Under the pieces are notes generated by a model. It was given only the letters and a program-made list of their open reading frames with translations. It was not told the DNA's origin and searched no databases. 64,000 bases of DNA from Candidatus Limivicinus sp. Its GTDB lineage: Bacteria; Bacillota; Clostridia; Oscillospirales; Oscillospiraceae. The stretch spans positions 84,533 to 148,532 of the forward strand of contig JBJDXQ010000022.1 of the NCBI GenBank assembly GCA_051866745.1, given 5' to 3'. A program made the position numbers and the translations under genes. Positions 27,880-36,964 of this stretch are shown here, piece by piece; the stretch's first letter is position 1; the number at the start of each line of letters is the position of its first letter.

Positions 27880-28911
27880 ATGAACATGGAATTCGTGCGC
27901 AAGCTCACCATCCCCGCCGAGGTGAAGGAGATGTATCCCCTCACCGGGGAGATGGCCCGCTGCTTTGAACAGCGGGATATTCAGCTGAAAAACATCCTCT
28001 CCGGCCGGGACCAGCGCCTGCTGCTGATCATTGGCCCCTGCTCTGCCGACCATCCTGACAGCGTGCTGGATTATATGCAGCGGCTGCGCCGGGTGCAGGA
28101 GCAGGTGGAAGATAAAATTTTCATCGTCCCCCGCTGCTATACCAACAAGCCCCGCACCACCGGCAAGGGCTACAAGGGGATGCTGCACCAGCCGGACCCG
28201 GAGCATAAGCCGGATATGTTCAAGGGCCTCATCGCCATCCGGGAGCTGCATATGCGTGTGGTGAAGGAGACCGGCTTCACCTGTGCCGACGAGATGCTGT
28301 ATACCGAGAACTATAAGTATCTGGACGATATCCTGGCCTATGTGGCCGTGGGCGCCCGGTCTGTGGAGAATCAGCAGCACCGGCTCACCTCCAGCGGCAT
28401 TGAGGTGCCTGTGGGCATGAAAAACCCCACCTCCGGCAGCTTCTCCGTGATGATGAACGCCATCACCGCCGCCCAGGATAAGCACACCTTCATTTACCGG
28501 GGCTGGGAGGTCCACTCCCAGGGCAATCCCTATGCCCACGCCATCCTGCGGGGCTATATGAACAAGCAGGGCCAGACCCATCCCAACTACCACTATGAGG
28601 ACATCCTGCTGGTCAGTGACCTGTACGCCCAGAACCCGGACCTGCAGAACCCGGCCGTGATCATTGACACCAATCATTCCAACTCCGGCAAGCAGCCCCT
28701 GGAGCAGATCCGCATCGCCAAGGAAATCGTGCTGAACCGGCAGCTCAATGCGGATGTGGGCCGCCTGGTCAAGGGCCTGATGATTGAGAGCTATATTGAG
28801 GACGGCGCCCAGCCGGTGGGCGGCGGCTGCTACGGCAAGTCCATTACCGATGCCTGCCTGGGCTGGGACAAGAGCCAGCGGCTGATCCTGGACCTGGCCG
28901 AGATGCTGTAA
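27880..28911 (+). CDS. 3-deoxy-7-phosphoheptulonate (DAHP) synthase, class I
   Basis: LLLIIGPCSADHPD, NKPRTTGKGYKG and the ~340 aa length fit the class I enzyme. Confidence 0.9.
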   Translation: MNMEFVRKLTIPAEVKEMYPLTGEMARCFEQRDIQLKNILSGRDQRLLLIIGPCSADHPDSVLDYMQRLRRVQEQVEDKIFIVPRCYTNKPRTTGKGYKGMLHQPDPEHKPDMFKGLIAIRELHMRVVKETGFTCADEMLYTENYKYLDDILAYVAVGARSVENQQHRLTSSGIEVPVGMKNPTSGSFSVMMNAITAAQDKHTFIYRGWEVHSQGNPYAHAILRGYMNKQGQTHPNYHYEDILLVSDLYAQNPDLQNPAVIIDTNHSNSGKQPLEQIRIAKEIVLNRQLNADVGRLVKGLMIESYIEDGAQPVGGGCYGKSITDACLGWDKSQRLILDLAEML

Positions 28912-28926
28912 AACGGAAAAACATCT

Positions 28927-28970
28927 AAACTCCCCATTTCCCCTGCGGGAAATGGGGAGTTTCATATTTT
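28927..28970 (+). terminator. intrinsic terminator after DAHP synthase
   Basis: 16-bp stem aaactccccatttccc/gggaaatggggagttt followed by a T-rich tail. Confidence 0.75.
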
Positions 28971-29140
28971 GAATTATATACATTTAAAAAGAAAAAATAT
29001 TCATACCCGTCCCAACGGAAAGAAAGAAAAAAAGAAAAAATATTAGAAAATTCAGAGAATAAGGGGAATGCGGCATTTGGCAAAAGCTGGAAGCCAAAAG
29101 CGAACGGTGAATAAATTTCCTGTTAAAGTGAAAATTATTG

Positions 29141-29169
29141 TTGACTTCTGATTCTTACAGGAGTATATT
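29141..29169 (+). promoter_or_regulatory. candidate promoter of the M20 amidohydrolase operon
   Basis: TTGACT, 17 nt, TATATT, within an AT-rich intergenic region. Confidence 0.5.
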
Positions 29170-29235
29170 TGTCACATTATATTTTTGAACATTTAGTGAG
29201 TTAAATCACTGAGTGTACCAACAGGAGGTTTACGA

Positions 29236-30453
29236 ATGAACGCACAGGAACTGCTGCAGGAAGCCATCGCCCTGCAGCCGGAGATCCAGGCCAACCGCCG
29301 GGAGCTGCACAAGCACCCGGAGCTGGGGCTGGATATGGAGTTTACCAAGGCTTTTGTGAAAGCAAAGCTGGAGGAAATGGGCTATCAGCCTCAGGACTGC
29401 GGTGAAGGCGGTCTGGTGGTCCTGGCCGGCGGCAAGAAGCCGGGCAAGTGCTTTTTGATCCGCGGCGATATGGACGCGCTGCCCATCCAGGAGGAGGCAG
29501 AGGTGGACTTCGCCTCTGAAAATCCCGGCAAGATGCACGCCTGCGGCCATGACACCCATGCGGCCATGATGCTGGGCGCGGCCAAGCTGCTGAAGGAGCA
29601 TGAGGATGAGCTTCAGGGCACCGTCAAGCTGTTGTTCCAGCCCGGTGAGGAGACGCTGGAGGGCGCGGAGAGCTGCGTCAAGGCCGGCGTGCTGGAAAAT
29701 CCCCATGTGGACGCCGCTATGATGATCCACTCCATGACCGGCATGCCCATGCCTCACGGCGTTGTGCTGATTATGGACGGCGGCCGCGGCATGGCCTCCT
29801 GCGACCAGTATAAGATCACCGTCAAGGGCAAGGGCGGCCACGGCGCCATGCCTCACCTGACCATTGACCCCATCACTGCCGCGGCTCACATTCATGTGGC
29901 CCTGGCTGAGATTCACTCCCGGGAGCTGACCTCCGGCACCTTCGGCGTTATCACCACCGGCAAGTTCCAGGCCGGCGTCGCCTCCAACGTGATTGCCGAT
30001 ACCGCCGTCATGGAGGGTACCATCCGCACCGGCGATGAGGCCACCGAACAGATGCTGATGCAGCGTGTGAAGGAAATTGCCGAGTCTGTGGGCAAGGCCT
30101 ACCGCTGCCAGGTGGATGTGGAATTTGTGGGCCATTGCCCCCCCAACATCTCCGATAAGGAAGTTTCCGCCAGCGCCGTCCAGTACATGACCGAGCTGCT
30201 GGGCCAGGCTGCCGTTCCCGCCTCTGTGGCCATGGGCGACAGCAATAAGATTTCCGGCGGCAGCGAGGACTTTGCCTTTATCAGCACCAAGGTCCCCTCC
30301 GTATCCATGATGCTGGCCATCGGCAATCCCGAGAACGGCTACTGCTATCCCCAGCACCACCCCAAAGCCCGGTTTGATGATTCCAAGCTCTTTGAAGGCG
30401 CTGCCGCTTATGCCTATGTGGCGGCCTGCTGGCTGGAGGAGCATCAGAATTAA
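29236..30453 (+). CDS. M20-family amidohydrolase (N-acyl-L-amino-acid amidohydrolase / hippurate hydrolase-like)
   Basis: Contains RRELHKHPELG, MHACGHDTHAAMMLGAA and GGSEDFA. Confidence 0.88.
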   Translation: MNAQELLQEAIALQPEIQANRRELHKHPELGLDMEFTKAFVKAKLEEMGYQPQDCGEGGLVVLAGGKKPGKCFLIRGDMDALPIQEEAEVDFASENPGKMHACGHDTHAAMMLGAAKLLKEHEDELQGTVKLLFQPGEETLEGAESCVKAGVLENPHVDAAMMIHSMTGMPMPHGVVLIMDGGRGMASCDQYKITVKGKGGHGAMPHLTIDPITAAAHIHVALAEIHSRELTSGTFGVITTGKFQAGVASNVIADTAVMEGTIRTGDEATEQMLMQRVKEIAESVGKAYRCQVDVEFVGHCPPNISDKEVSASAVQYMTELLGQAAVPASVAMGDSNKISGGSEDFAFISTKVPSVSMMLAIGNPENGYCYPQHHPKARFDDSKLFEGAAAYAYVAACWLEEHQN

Positions 30454-30496
30454 TCAATAAGGATAAAAACATTAGAAAGAGAAAAGAGGAAAAAAC

Positions 30497-31207
30497 ATGG
30501 TAAAAGGTTCCGTCGTTGCCAACAGTCCCTTGCTGTTTGTTCTGGTTGCAATCGGCCTGTTGATTGTTATCGCCTATGCGGTGCTGAGTGTGATGAAGGC
30601 CTCCAAGCGCTGCAAGGAGTTGGGTATCTCCAGTGAGACCATCAGCAACGTTGTCAAGGCTACTGCTACTTCGTCCATCGTTCCCAGCCTTGCCATTCTG
30701 CTGGGCTTCCTGACGCTGACGGTGTCCCTGGGCGTGATTTGGCCCTGGTGGCGTCTGTCCGTCATCGGCTCCCTGTCCTATGAGGCCATGGCCTCCAACT
30801 ACACCGTGAGCGCGCTGGGCGTGGCCATGTCCGAAATCCTGAATGCGGATGCAACTGTCTTCGGCGCTGTCATGATGGTTATGTCCTTTGGCATCATCAC
30901 CGGCCCCATCGTGGCCGTGCTCTTTGCCAAGAAGTACTCCACCGGCATTATGAAGGCCAATATGGGCCAGAGCGAGTGGGGCCAGGTCATGTCCGGCTGC
31001 TTCTTCCTGGCTATGTTCTCCGTGTACATCCCCATCCTGCTCTTCACCGATCTGCCCACCACCCTGACCATGGTTGTCAGCTTTGTGGTCACTCTGATCT
31101 GCGGCGTCATCGGCAAGAAAGCAAAGTGGATTAACAACTTCACCATGGCCATCGCCATGCTGGTTGCTATGGCTTCCAGCGTGCTTTGGGTCGGCCTGTT
31201 CAAGTAA
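30497..31207 (+). CDS. uncharacterised polytopic membrane protein
   Basis: 236 aa with about 6 hydrophobic helices. It lies in an operon with the M20 enzyme. Confidence 0.7.
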   Translation: MVKGSVVANSPLLFVLVAIGLLIVIAYAVLSVMKASKRCKELGISSETISNVVKATATSSIVPSLAILLGFLTLTVSLGVIWPWWRLSVIGSLSYEAMASNYTVSALGVAMSEILNADATVFGAVMMVMSFGIITGPIVAVLFAKKYSTGIMKANMGQSEWGQVMSGCFFLAMFSVYIPILLFTDLPTTLTMVVSFVVTLICGVIGKKAKWINNFTMAIAMLVAMASSVLWVGLFK

Positions 31208-31220
31208 GGAGGTAAAGAAA

Positions 31221-31982
31221 ATGGCGAAAGAGAAGAAAGTCAAGGAAAAAATCGTTCTGGATCCCTTCACCGAATGGGCCCACAAGTCCGGACGTATCTT
31301 TATGGTGCTGTTCATCGCCTACATGGTGGTGATCCCCCTTATCGTTTGCACTGTGTATGACTGCATGCCCAGCTTCAAGATGTGCCTGCCCGGCCTGATC
31401 GCCATTCTGGCCATCATGGGCCCCATGTCCATCGCCGAGGTGGGCAGCTACACCCCCATTCTGGGCTCCTCCACCTACCTGACCTTTGTCACCGGCAACG
31501 TGATGAACCTGAAGGTTCCCTGCATCATCAATGCCCAGCAGGTCGCCAAGGTGGAGCCCAATACCGTGGAAGGCGACGCCATCTCCCTGATCGCCACCGC
31601 CGTCTCCTCCGCTGTTACCATCATCATCCTGGCCATTGGCGTGGTGCTGCTCAGCTTCATCAAGCCCGTTCTGGAGAACCCCTATGTGGTCACCGCCAGC
31701 GACTACCTGCTGCCCGCCCTGTTCGGCTGTATGGCTCTGGGCCTGCTCAGCAGCGGCAACGGCAAGACCAAGGTGAAGAACCACCTGCTGCCCGCCGTGA
31801 TTCCTGCCCTGCTGGTGACCGTCCTGACCGTGCTGGGCATCGGCTCCACCGGCCTTGCCGGTATCCTCATTATCGTCATGATCCCCGTCACCATCCTCTG
31901 CGCCCGCATCCTGTGGAAGAAGGGCATTGTCAAGGTGGTGCCCGTGGAGCAGAAGGAGACTGCCGCTTCCGCTCAGGAGTAA
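31221..31982 (+). CDS. uncharacterised polytopic membrane protein
   Basis: Start MAKEKKVKEK follows AAGGAGG. There are multiple TM helices. Confidence 0.7.
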   Translation: MAKEKKVKEKIVLDPFTEWAHKSGRIFMVLFIAYMVVIPLIVCTVYDCMPSFKMCLPGLIAILAIMGPMSIAEVGSYTPILGSSTYLTFVTGNVMNLKVPCIINAQQVAKVEPNTVEGDAISLIATAVSSAVTIIILAIGVVLLSFIKPVLENPYVVTASDYLLPALFGCMALGLLSSGNGKTKVKNHLLPAVIPALLVTVLTVLGIGSTGLAGILIIVMIPVTILCARILWKKGIVKVVPVEQKETAASAQE

Positions 31983-32013
31983 GCAGAATCAGCAAGCATT
32001 TTCCTTTACATCC

Positions 32014-32050
32014 AACTGCCGCCCGGCTGACCAGCCGGACGGCAGTTTTT
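32014..32050 (+). terminator. intrinsic terminator
   Basis: Hairpin aactgccg...cggcagttttt. Confidence 0.8.
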
Positions 32051-32147
32051 CTATAGGCACTCTGGGCAAATATCGCAAGAAAAATCAAGCGAAACCCTGC
32101 ATCCTGATGTATAATAGCGCCAGAGCGGTTGGAAAGGGGACAAAATC

Positions 32148-33116
32148 ATGTACCAGTGGGAAAAGCAGATCCAGCAGATTGTGGATGAGATCGACAGCAG
32201 TATCCGCACCCATAATGACGAGGCCCTGACCCTCAGCGCCCTTTCCCGGCGGCTGGGATACTCCGAATATCACATGAGCCGGAAGTTCCGGGAGATTGCG
32301 GGTCTCTCCCTCCGGGACTACCTGCGGCGCAGGAAGCTGGCCTTCGCCCTGAAGGAACTGCGGGACAGCCAGAGAAGCATTCTGGCCATCGCCCTTGACT
32401 ATGGCTTTTCCACCCACGAAGCCTTTACCCGGGCCTTTAAAAGCACCTATGGTGTGACGCCGGGGGAATACCGGGCCAATCCCTGCCCGGTGGTCCTGCG
32501 CACCAAGCTCCACCCCTTTGACCGCTACTTTTTCGGCTTGGGAGAGATCGGTATGATAAAATCGGCAGAGGGCGTGAAGGTGTATCTGGTCACCATACCC
32601 GCCCACACATTCCTGCACATCAAAAACTACGAGAGCAACGGCTACTGGGACTTCTGGCAAAAGCAGAATCAGATCCCGGGCCAGGACCAGGAGACCATCT
32701 GCGGACTGCTGGACAGCATCAAGGGCAAGCTGGACGATGCCGGCGGCAGCGAGGCCAACTGCGGCAGCGGCCAGATCATGGCCTACATCAACGACCCGGC
32801 GGGCCGGGTCTGCGACTGGGGCTACCACCGCACCGAGTGCTGGGGCGTCCGCCTGCCGGCGGATTACAGCGGCCCGGTTCCCGCGCAGATGCAGCTGCTG
32901 GCGGTGCCGGAAGGGGAGTACATCGTCTTTGAGCACGGCCCCTTTGATTATGAACAGGAGAACCGCAGCGTGGAAGAAAAGATTGAAAAAGCCATGGCTG
33001 ACTTTGACTATGCCGCTGCAGGTTTCTGTCTGGATACAGCCCCCGGCCGCATCATGTATTTTTACTATGACCCGGCCCGGTACTTCAAATATATCCGGCC
33101 GATCAAAAGAAAATAG
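32148..33116 (+). CDS. AraC-family regulator with C-terminal GyrI-like effector domain
   Basis: N-terminal double HTH (LSALSRRLGYSEYHMSRKFREI..., IALDYGFSTHEAFTRAFK) and a roughly 200-aa C-terminal domain. Confidence 0.85.
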   Translation: MYQWEKQIQQIVDEIDSSIRTHNDEALTLSALSRRLGYSEYHMSRKFREIAGLSLRDYLRRRKLAFALKELRDSQRSILAIALDYGFSTHEAFTRAFKSTYGVTPGEYRANPCPVVLRTKLHPFDRYFFGLGEIGMIKSAEGVKVYLVTIPAHTFLHIKNYESNGYWDFWQKQNQIPGQDQETICGLLDSIKGKLDDAGGSEANCGSGQIMAYINDPAGRVCDWGYHRTECWGVRLPADYSGPVPAQMQLLAVPEGEYIVFEHGPFDYEQENRSVEEKIEKAMADFDYAAAGFCLDTAPGRIMYFYYDPARYFKYIRPIKRK

Positions 33117-33158
33117 AGGACCCACGGAAGCCTTTTCCTTCCCTCCGGCAAGAAAACA

Positions 33159-33199
33159 CCCCCTGGTCAGACCCTATATCACAGGGTCTGACCAGGGGG
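33159..33199. terminator. strong hairpin between convergent genes
   Basis: 17-bp stem ccccctggtcagaccct/agggtctgaccaggggg. Confidence 0.7.
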
Positions 33200-33263
33200 C
33201 GCTGTTTCTCGCCTTACCGCAGCGTCATTTGGTTTTCGCTTTTTCCACAGCTGCATTCATAGG

Positions 33264-34487
33264 TCAATCTCCACATTCTCCAGGAATAAGGTGGCGCTTC
33301 CCCGGGTAAAGGCATCGGTCACTTTCCTCCGCCTCCCGAAGCACGAGCCCGATCTCGTAACCGGGGAAAAGACACTCCGCCCGCCGTAAAAGCTCCGCTT
33401 CCTTCACTATTCCCTTGCACAGGGCCTCAATCTTCATGCGCTTCCCGCTGGCCTCTGCCCGAAAGTCCACCAGCCCCTCCAGAGACAGCAGCGCATTATC
33501 CAGCGCTGTGATTTCCGTCCCCTGAGGGCGGCGATCCAGCCTGTCCAGCCGTATGGTCTGGCTGCCGCAGGGGCAGACTCCGGGCAGAATGCGGGTGTAG
33601 TCCCCGGTTCGGTATCGAATCAGGGGCAGGGCATCCATGCCAATGGTGGTGATCACCAGCTGGCCGTATTCTCCCGGCGGCAGCACCCGGCCATCTTCAT
33701 CCACGATTTCGGCGATCACATGGTTTTCCCGCAGATGCATTCCCTCGTGGGCCGGACATGTGATCGCCCCGCCCAGGGCCATCTCCCGGGAGCCGTAGTG
33801 GGGAAACAGCCTGGTGCCCAGGATGGCTTCACACTGCCGCAGAACCTCCGCCGGGCAGGCGTCGCCGCTGACCAGGGCCCGGCGCAGGCTGCCCCTGCCG
33901 CAGCAGCGCAGGATGGATAAAAGCTGCACCGGCATCCCCACGAAGCTGTCCGGCTGTTCCCGCTCCATCACGTCTTTGTACTCCCCATAGCTGCGCATGG
34001 TACCCAGCTTCAGAGGCTTCGCCCCCAGGCGCTCAATGGCCTGGGCAATCAGTTCTCCCAGCCCATAAGGCCCGGAAAAGGGCATGCAAATCATGGTCAC
34101 GCTGCCAGGAAAGACCAGTTCCCCCAGCCCGGCGGCGAAAAAATCCACGGTATTCTCGCAGTCGCCCTGGGTATAGAATACCCGTTTGGCCGCGCCGGTG
34201 GTGCCGCTGGTGGCGTCGGACAGCACCCGCTGAATCTCCCCCTGGGAGCATAGCAGCATAGCCGCCGCGTTGTGGGCCAGATCCTCATCGGTGGTAAAGG
34301 GCAGTTCCGCCAGCTGGGAAAGACTGGCCAGTTCGGCCGGAAGCGCTTTGTAAAACCCTGCCCGTTCCTTTTCCCGTCTGAGCAGCTGGTTGAGCTTCTC
34401 CAACTGCATGGCCTGGATGTCCTGCCTCGTGAGGCGGTCCATGCCCTCTTTCTCCATGATGTACTTGTCGATCCGGGAAATGGTCAT
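33264..34487 (-). CDS. PaaK-like (phenylacetate-CoA ligase / F390-synthetase family) adenylate-forming enzyme
   Basis: 407 aa. SDATSGTTGAAKRVFYT is a P-loop-like AMP-binding motif, and YRTGD is present. The start overlaps the radical SAM stop (ATGA). Confidence 0.8.
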   Translation of the reverse strand: MTISRIDKYIMEKEGMDRLTRQDIQAMQLEKLNQLLRREKERAGFYKALPAELASLSQLAELPFTTDEDLAHNAAAMLLCSQGEIQRVLSDATSGTTGAAKRVFYTQGDCENTVDFFAAGLGELVFPGSVTMICMPFSGPYGLGELIAQAIERLGAKPLKLGTMRSYGEYKDVMEREQPDSFVGMPVQLLSILRCCGRGSLRRALVSGDACPAEVLRQCEAILGTRLFPHYGSREMALGGAITCPAHEGMHLRENHVIAEIVDEDGRVLPPGEYGQLVITTIGMDALPLIRYRTGDYTRILPGVCPCGSQTIRLDRLDRRPQGTEITALDNALLSLEGLVDFRAEASGKRMKIEALCKGIVKEAELLRRAECLFPGYEIGLVLREAEESDRCLYPGKRHLIPGECGD

Positions 34488-35809
34488 TTTCTGTATAAGG
34501 CTCTCCCTTCGGTATTGGTCAGATTATAGGCGCAAAAGGGCACCATGCCGAAATCCTCATCCACCTCGCAGATATAGCAGCGCTTCAGCCGGGTCAAGTC
34601 CAGGTTGTAGGCGTCCTGAAACACCATCCCCGACACGGCAAAGGTATCCTGCCTGATTTGGGCCAGGAAAGCATCCAGAGCGGAAGTCTCCTCCAGTTCC
34701 CCGTCGGCGTTGAATACCCGTTCTTCCTCCGCTCCGCTCCATTGGTTCGCCACAAACTCCCGGGAGTCGTCCGACCCGGTGCAGCAGCATCCGCTGCTTT
34801 TGCGGGCCAGGGCTTTCAACCTGCCATCCGCCATGCGGCGGTAGCTGGCGTGGAAGGAGCAATAGGGGTTTTCCGCCCCGCCGCCGCCGAAGTCAGCGGC
34901 ACGCATCATGCCGCCGGTCTGTTCCTCGATCAGCGCAAGCATTTTGGGGATAGTAATGGGTTTTGCCGGCCGGTCCAGGGCGCAGCGGCCGAAATAGCTG
35001 ACGGGCTGAAAATGAACCCCCCGCACCGCCGGCGCATGGGCCAACCCATAGCGCAGCACTTCGCCCACCTGCTCCTCATTTACTCCCCGGGCAATCACCG
35101 GCACCAGCACAATCCCCAGCCCGGCAGCGGCGCAGTTGGCAATGGCTGCCTCTTTTTCCCGCATCAGCGCCCGGCCCCGGAGGGCGAGATACACATCGTC
35201 CGTAACACCGTCAAACTGCAAAAACACCGTGTTAAGTCCTGCGGTCTTTAACGCCTCCGCATAGCCCGGTTCCCGGGCCAGCCGGAGGCCGTTGGTATTC
35301 AGCTGGAAAAAGGAGAAGCCCTTCTCCCGGCCCAGACGGATGATTTCCGGCAGGTCGTCCCGCATGGTGGGCTCCCCGCCGGAGAGCTGAATATTGAAGG
35401 GCCCGCCATGGGCCATCAGCATATCAAACTGTCTGCCGATATCCGCAAGGCTGGGCTCCTTCACCGGGGCCTCCCCGGCGGAGGCAAAGCACACCGGGCA
35501 GCGGAGATTGCAGCGGTTGGTCAGCTCCAAAAGCACGCAGCAGCCCTTGCGCTGATGCTCCTGGCACAGCCCGCAGTCATAGGGGCAGCCTTTTTCCGTC
35601 CCCCTTGGCTTCACCGGCTGTTCTTCCCGGATGCTTTCCGTACTCCAGTGAAGGTAGGAACGCAGATCCCCCTCCCAGATCAGCGCGGAAAAGCGGCCAT
35701 GCTCCAGGCAGCTTTTGTCCATATAGATGCCGTCCTGCTCCGCCCGCTTTTCCGCCTTCAGGCGGCGCAGGCAAACGGGACATACGCTCTCCGTTGTTCC
35801 GATTACCAT
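34484..35809 (-). CDS. radical SAM enzyme with N-terminal Cys-rich zinc-ribbon-like region
   Basis: CNLRCPVC (CX3CX2C) at residues 100-107. GGEPTM is present. Upstream are CPVC, CPYDCGLC and CC; CCC is at residues 341-343. Confidence 0.85.
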   Translation of the reverse strand: MVIGTTESVCPVCLRRLKAEKRAEQDGIYMDKSCLEHGRFSALIWEGDLRSYLHWSTESIREEQPVKPRGTEKGCPYDCGLCQEHQRKGCCVLLELTNRCNLRCPVCFASAGEAPVKEPSLADIGRQFDMLMAHGGPFNIQLSGGEPTMRDDLPEIIRLGREKGFSFFQLNTNGLRLAREPGYAEALKTAGLNTVFLQFDGVTDDVYLALRGRALMREKEAAIANCAAAGLGIVLVPVIARGVNEEQVGEVLRYGLAHAPAVRGVHFQPVSYFGRCALDRPAKPITIPKMLALIEEQTGGMMRAADFGGGGAENPYCSFHASYRRMADGRLKALARKSSGCCCTGSDDSREFVANQWSGAEEERVFNADGELEETSALDAFLAQIRQDTFAVSGMVFQDAYNLDLTRLKRCYICEVDEDFGMVPFCAYNLTNTEGRALYRK

Positions 35810-35810
35810 T

Positions 35811-36236
35811 TTAAATCAGGCCCTTCTCGCTGAGGATTTCCATGCATTTTTCAAAGGTGGCGGCAATGATCTGGGGGCAGTACTCCACCCGCTTGGCGGG
35901 ATTGCCGCGGGTGATGTCCCGGCAGTCAATGCCGCCGTATTCCGCGGTCATCTCTTCCTCAAACCAGCGGGTAAATTCCCCCATAGCGCTCTTGTGCTCC
36001 GGCAGCTCCAGGCCGGTGTCCTCTCCCTTGCCGGTGAAATAGGACAGCAGACAGGCCCCGCCGGTCATACAGCCGCAGCAGCCGCCGGAAAAGCCCACGC
36101 CGCCGTTGAGCCCGCCCAGGGCTTTCACAAGGCCGGGGTTTTCCTCCCCCTGGCTCTCCAGCGCCAGAATCATCAATATCTGGGAGCAGAAATACCCGTA
36201 GCGGGACAGCTCCAGAACCCGGTCCAGCAGATCCAT
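35811..36236 (-). CDS. C-GCAxxG-C-C family protein
   Basis: 141 aa. YGYFCSQILM ... GGCCGCMTGGACLL ... CRDI ... YCPQII matches the family's cysteine spacing. Confidence 0.85.
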   Translation of the reverse strand: MDLLDRVLELSRYGYFCSQILMILALESQGEENPGLVKALGGLNGGVGFSGGCCGCMTGGACLLSYFTGKGEDTGLELPEHKSAMGEFTRWFEEEMTAEYGGIDCRDITRGNPAKRVEYCPQIIAATFEKCMEILSEKGLI

Positions 36237-36240
36237 TTTC

Positions 36241-36750
36241 TCATTCCTTTCCGCAAATCAGCAGCCAATAGCTGCATTTGCCGCCCGGTGACGGGCAGCA
36301 TTCCTCGCCGCGCCACAGCGCCTCCAAATAATAGGCCCGCCATTGGGCTGTCATATCCACAGCCTGGAGAATATGAAACCCGGCCCGGGCCAGAAGCGGC
36401 TCCGGCTCCTGAAAAAACACGTCTGCCAGCAGCAGCTTCCCGCCCGGCTTCAGCAAGCGATGGCTTTCGGCCAGCGCCTGATCCACATCGCCGGAGATAT
36501 AGAAGGCGCATTGGCTCAAGACCCCGTCAAAGCTGCCGCCGGGAAAGTCGGTGCCGTGCATGTCAGCCTGCTCCACCAGCTCTGACCGGGGTGCCAGGTC
36601 AATGCCCCGGGCTGCATAGCCCATGCTTCGCAGCAGGGCCACCGTCTCCCCGGCGCCTGCGCCCATGTCCAGAATGCTTGCCCCGGGACCCAGTCCCGAA
36701 AGCGCAAGCATCTGCCGGGTGTTCTCCTGCCCGCCCGGATGGCCCTTCAT
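36241..36750 (-). CDS. small class I SAM-dependent methyltransferase
   Basis: ILDMGAGAGETV (motif I) and LLKPGGKLLLAD. 169 aa with a Cys-rich tail (EECCPSPGGKCSYWLLICG). Confidence 0.8.
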   Translation of the reverse strand: MKGHPGGQENTRQMLALSGLGPGASILDMGAGAGETVALLRSMGYAARGIDLAPRSELVEQADMHGTDFPGGSFDGVLSQCAFYISGDVDQALAESHRLLKPGGKLLLADVFFQEPEPLLARAGFHILQAVDMTAQWRAYYLEALWRGEECCPSPGGKCSYWLLICGKE

Positions 36751-36962
36751 TTATCCTCCAGGGCTTTTTCCACCGCCAGCACCTTGCCCAGGGCCAGCTC
36801 CTCCGGCACGTAGACAAAGCCGCACACCGGGCAGACCGGCAACTCCACCGGGAAGCCGTTATCCAGATACATGAATTTGGCCTTACCCTTTTCCAGCGGT
36901 ACCCCGCACTTGACACACTGGAGCTTGCCCTGGGGGTCTATGGTGTAATAGTTCTTTTCCAT
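36747..36962 (-). CDS. 71-aa double-CxxC (zinc-ribbon / rubredoxin-like) protein
   Basis: Contains CVKCG ... CPVCG. ATGA overlap with the methyltransferase start. Confidence 0.65.
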   Translation of the reverse strand: MEKNYYTIDPQGKLQCVKCGVPLEKGKAKFMYLDNGFPVELPVCPVCGFVYVPEELALGKVLAVEKALEDK

Positions 36963-36964
36963 GG

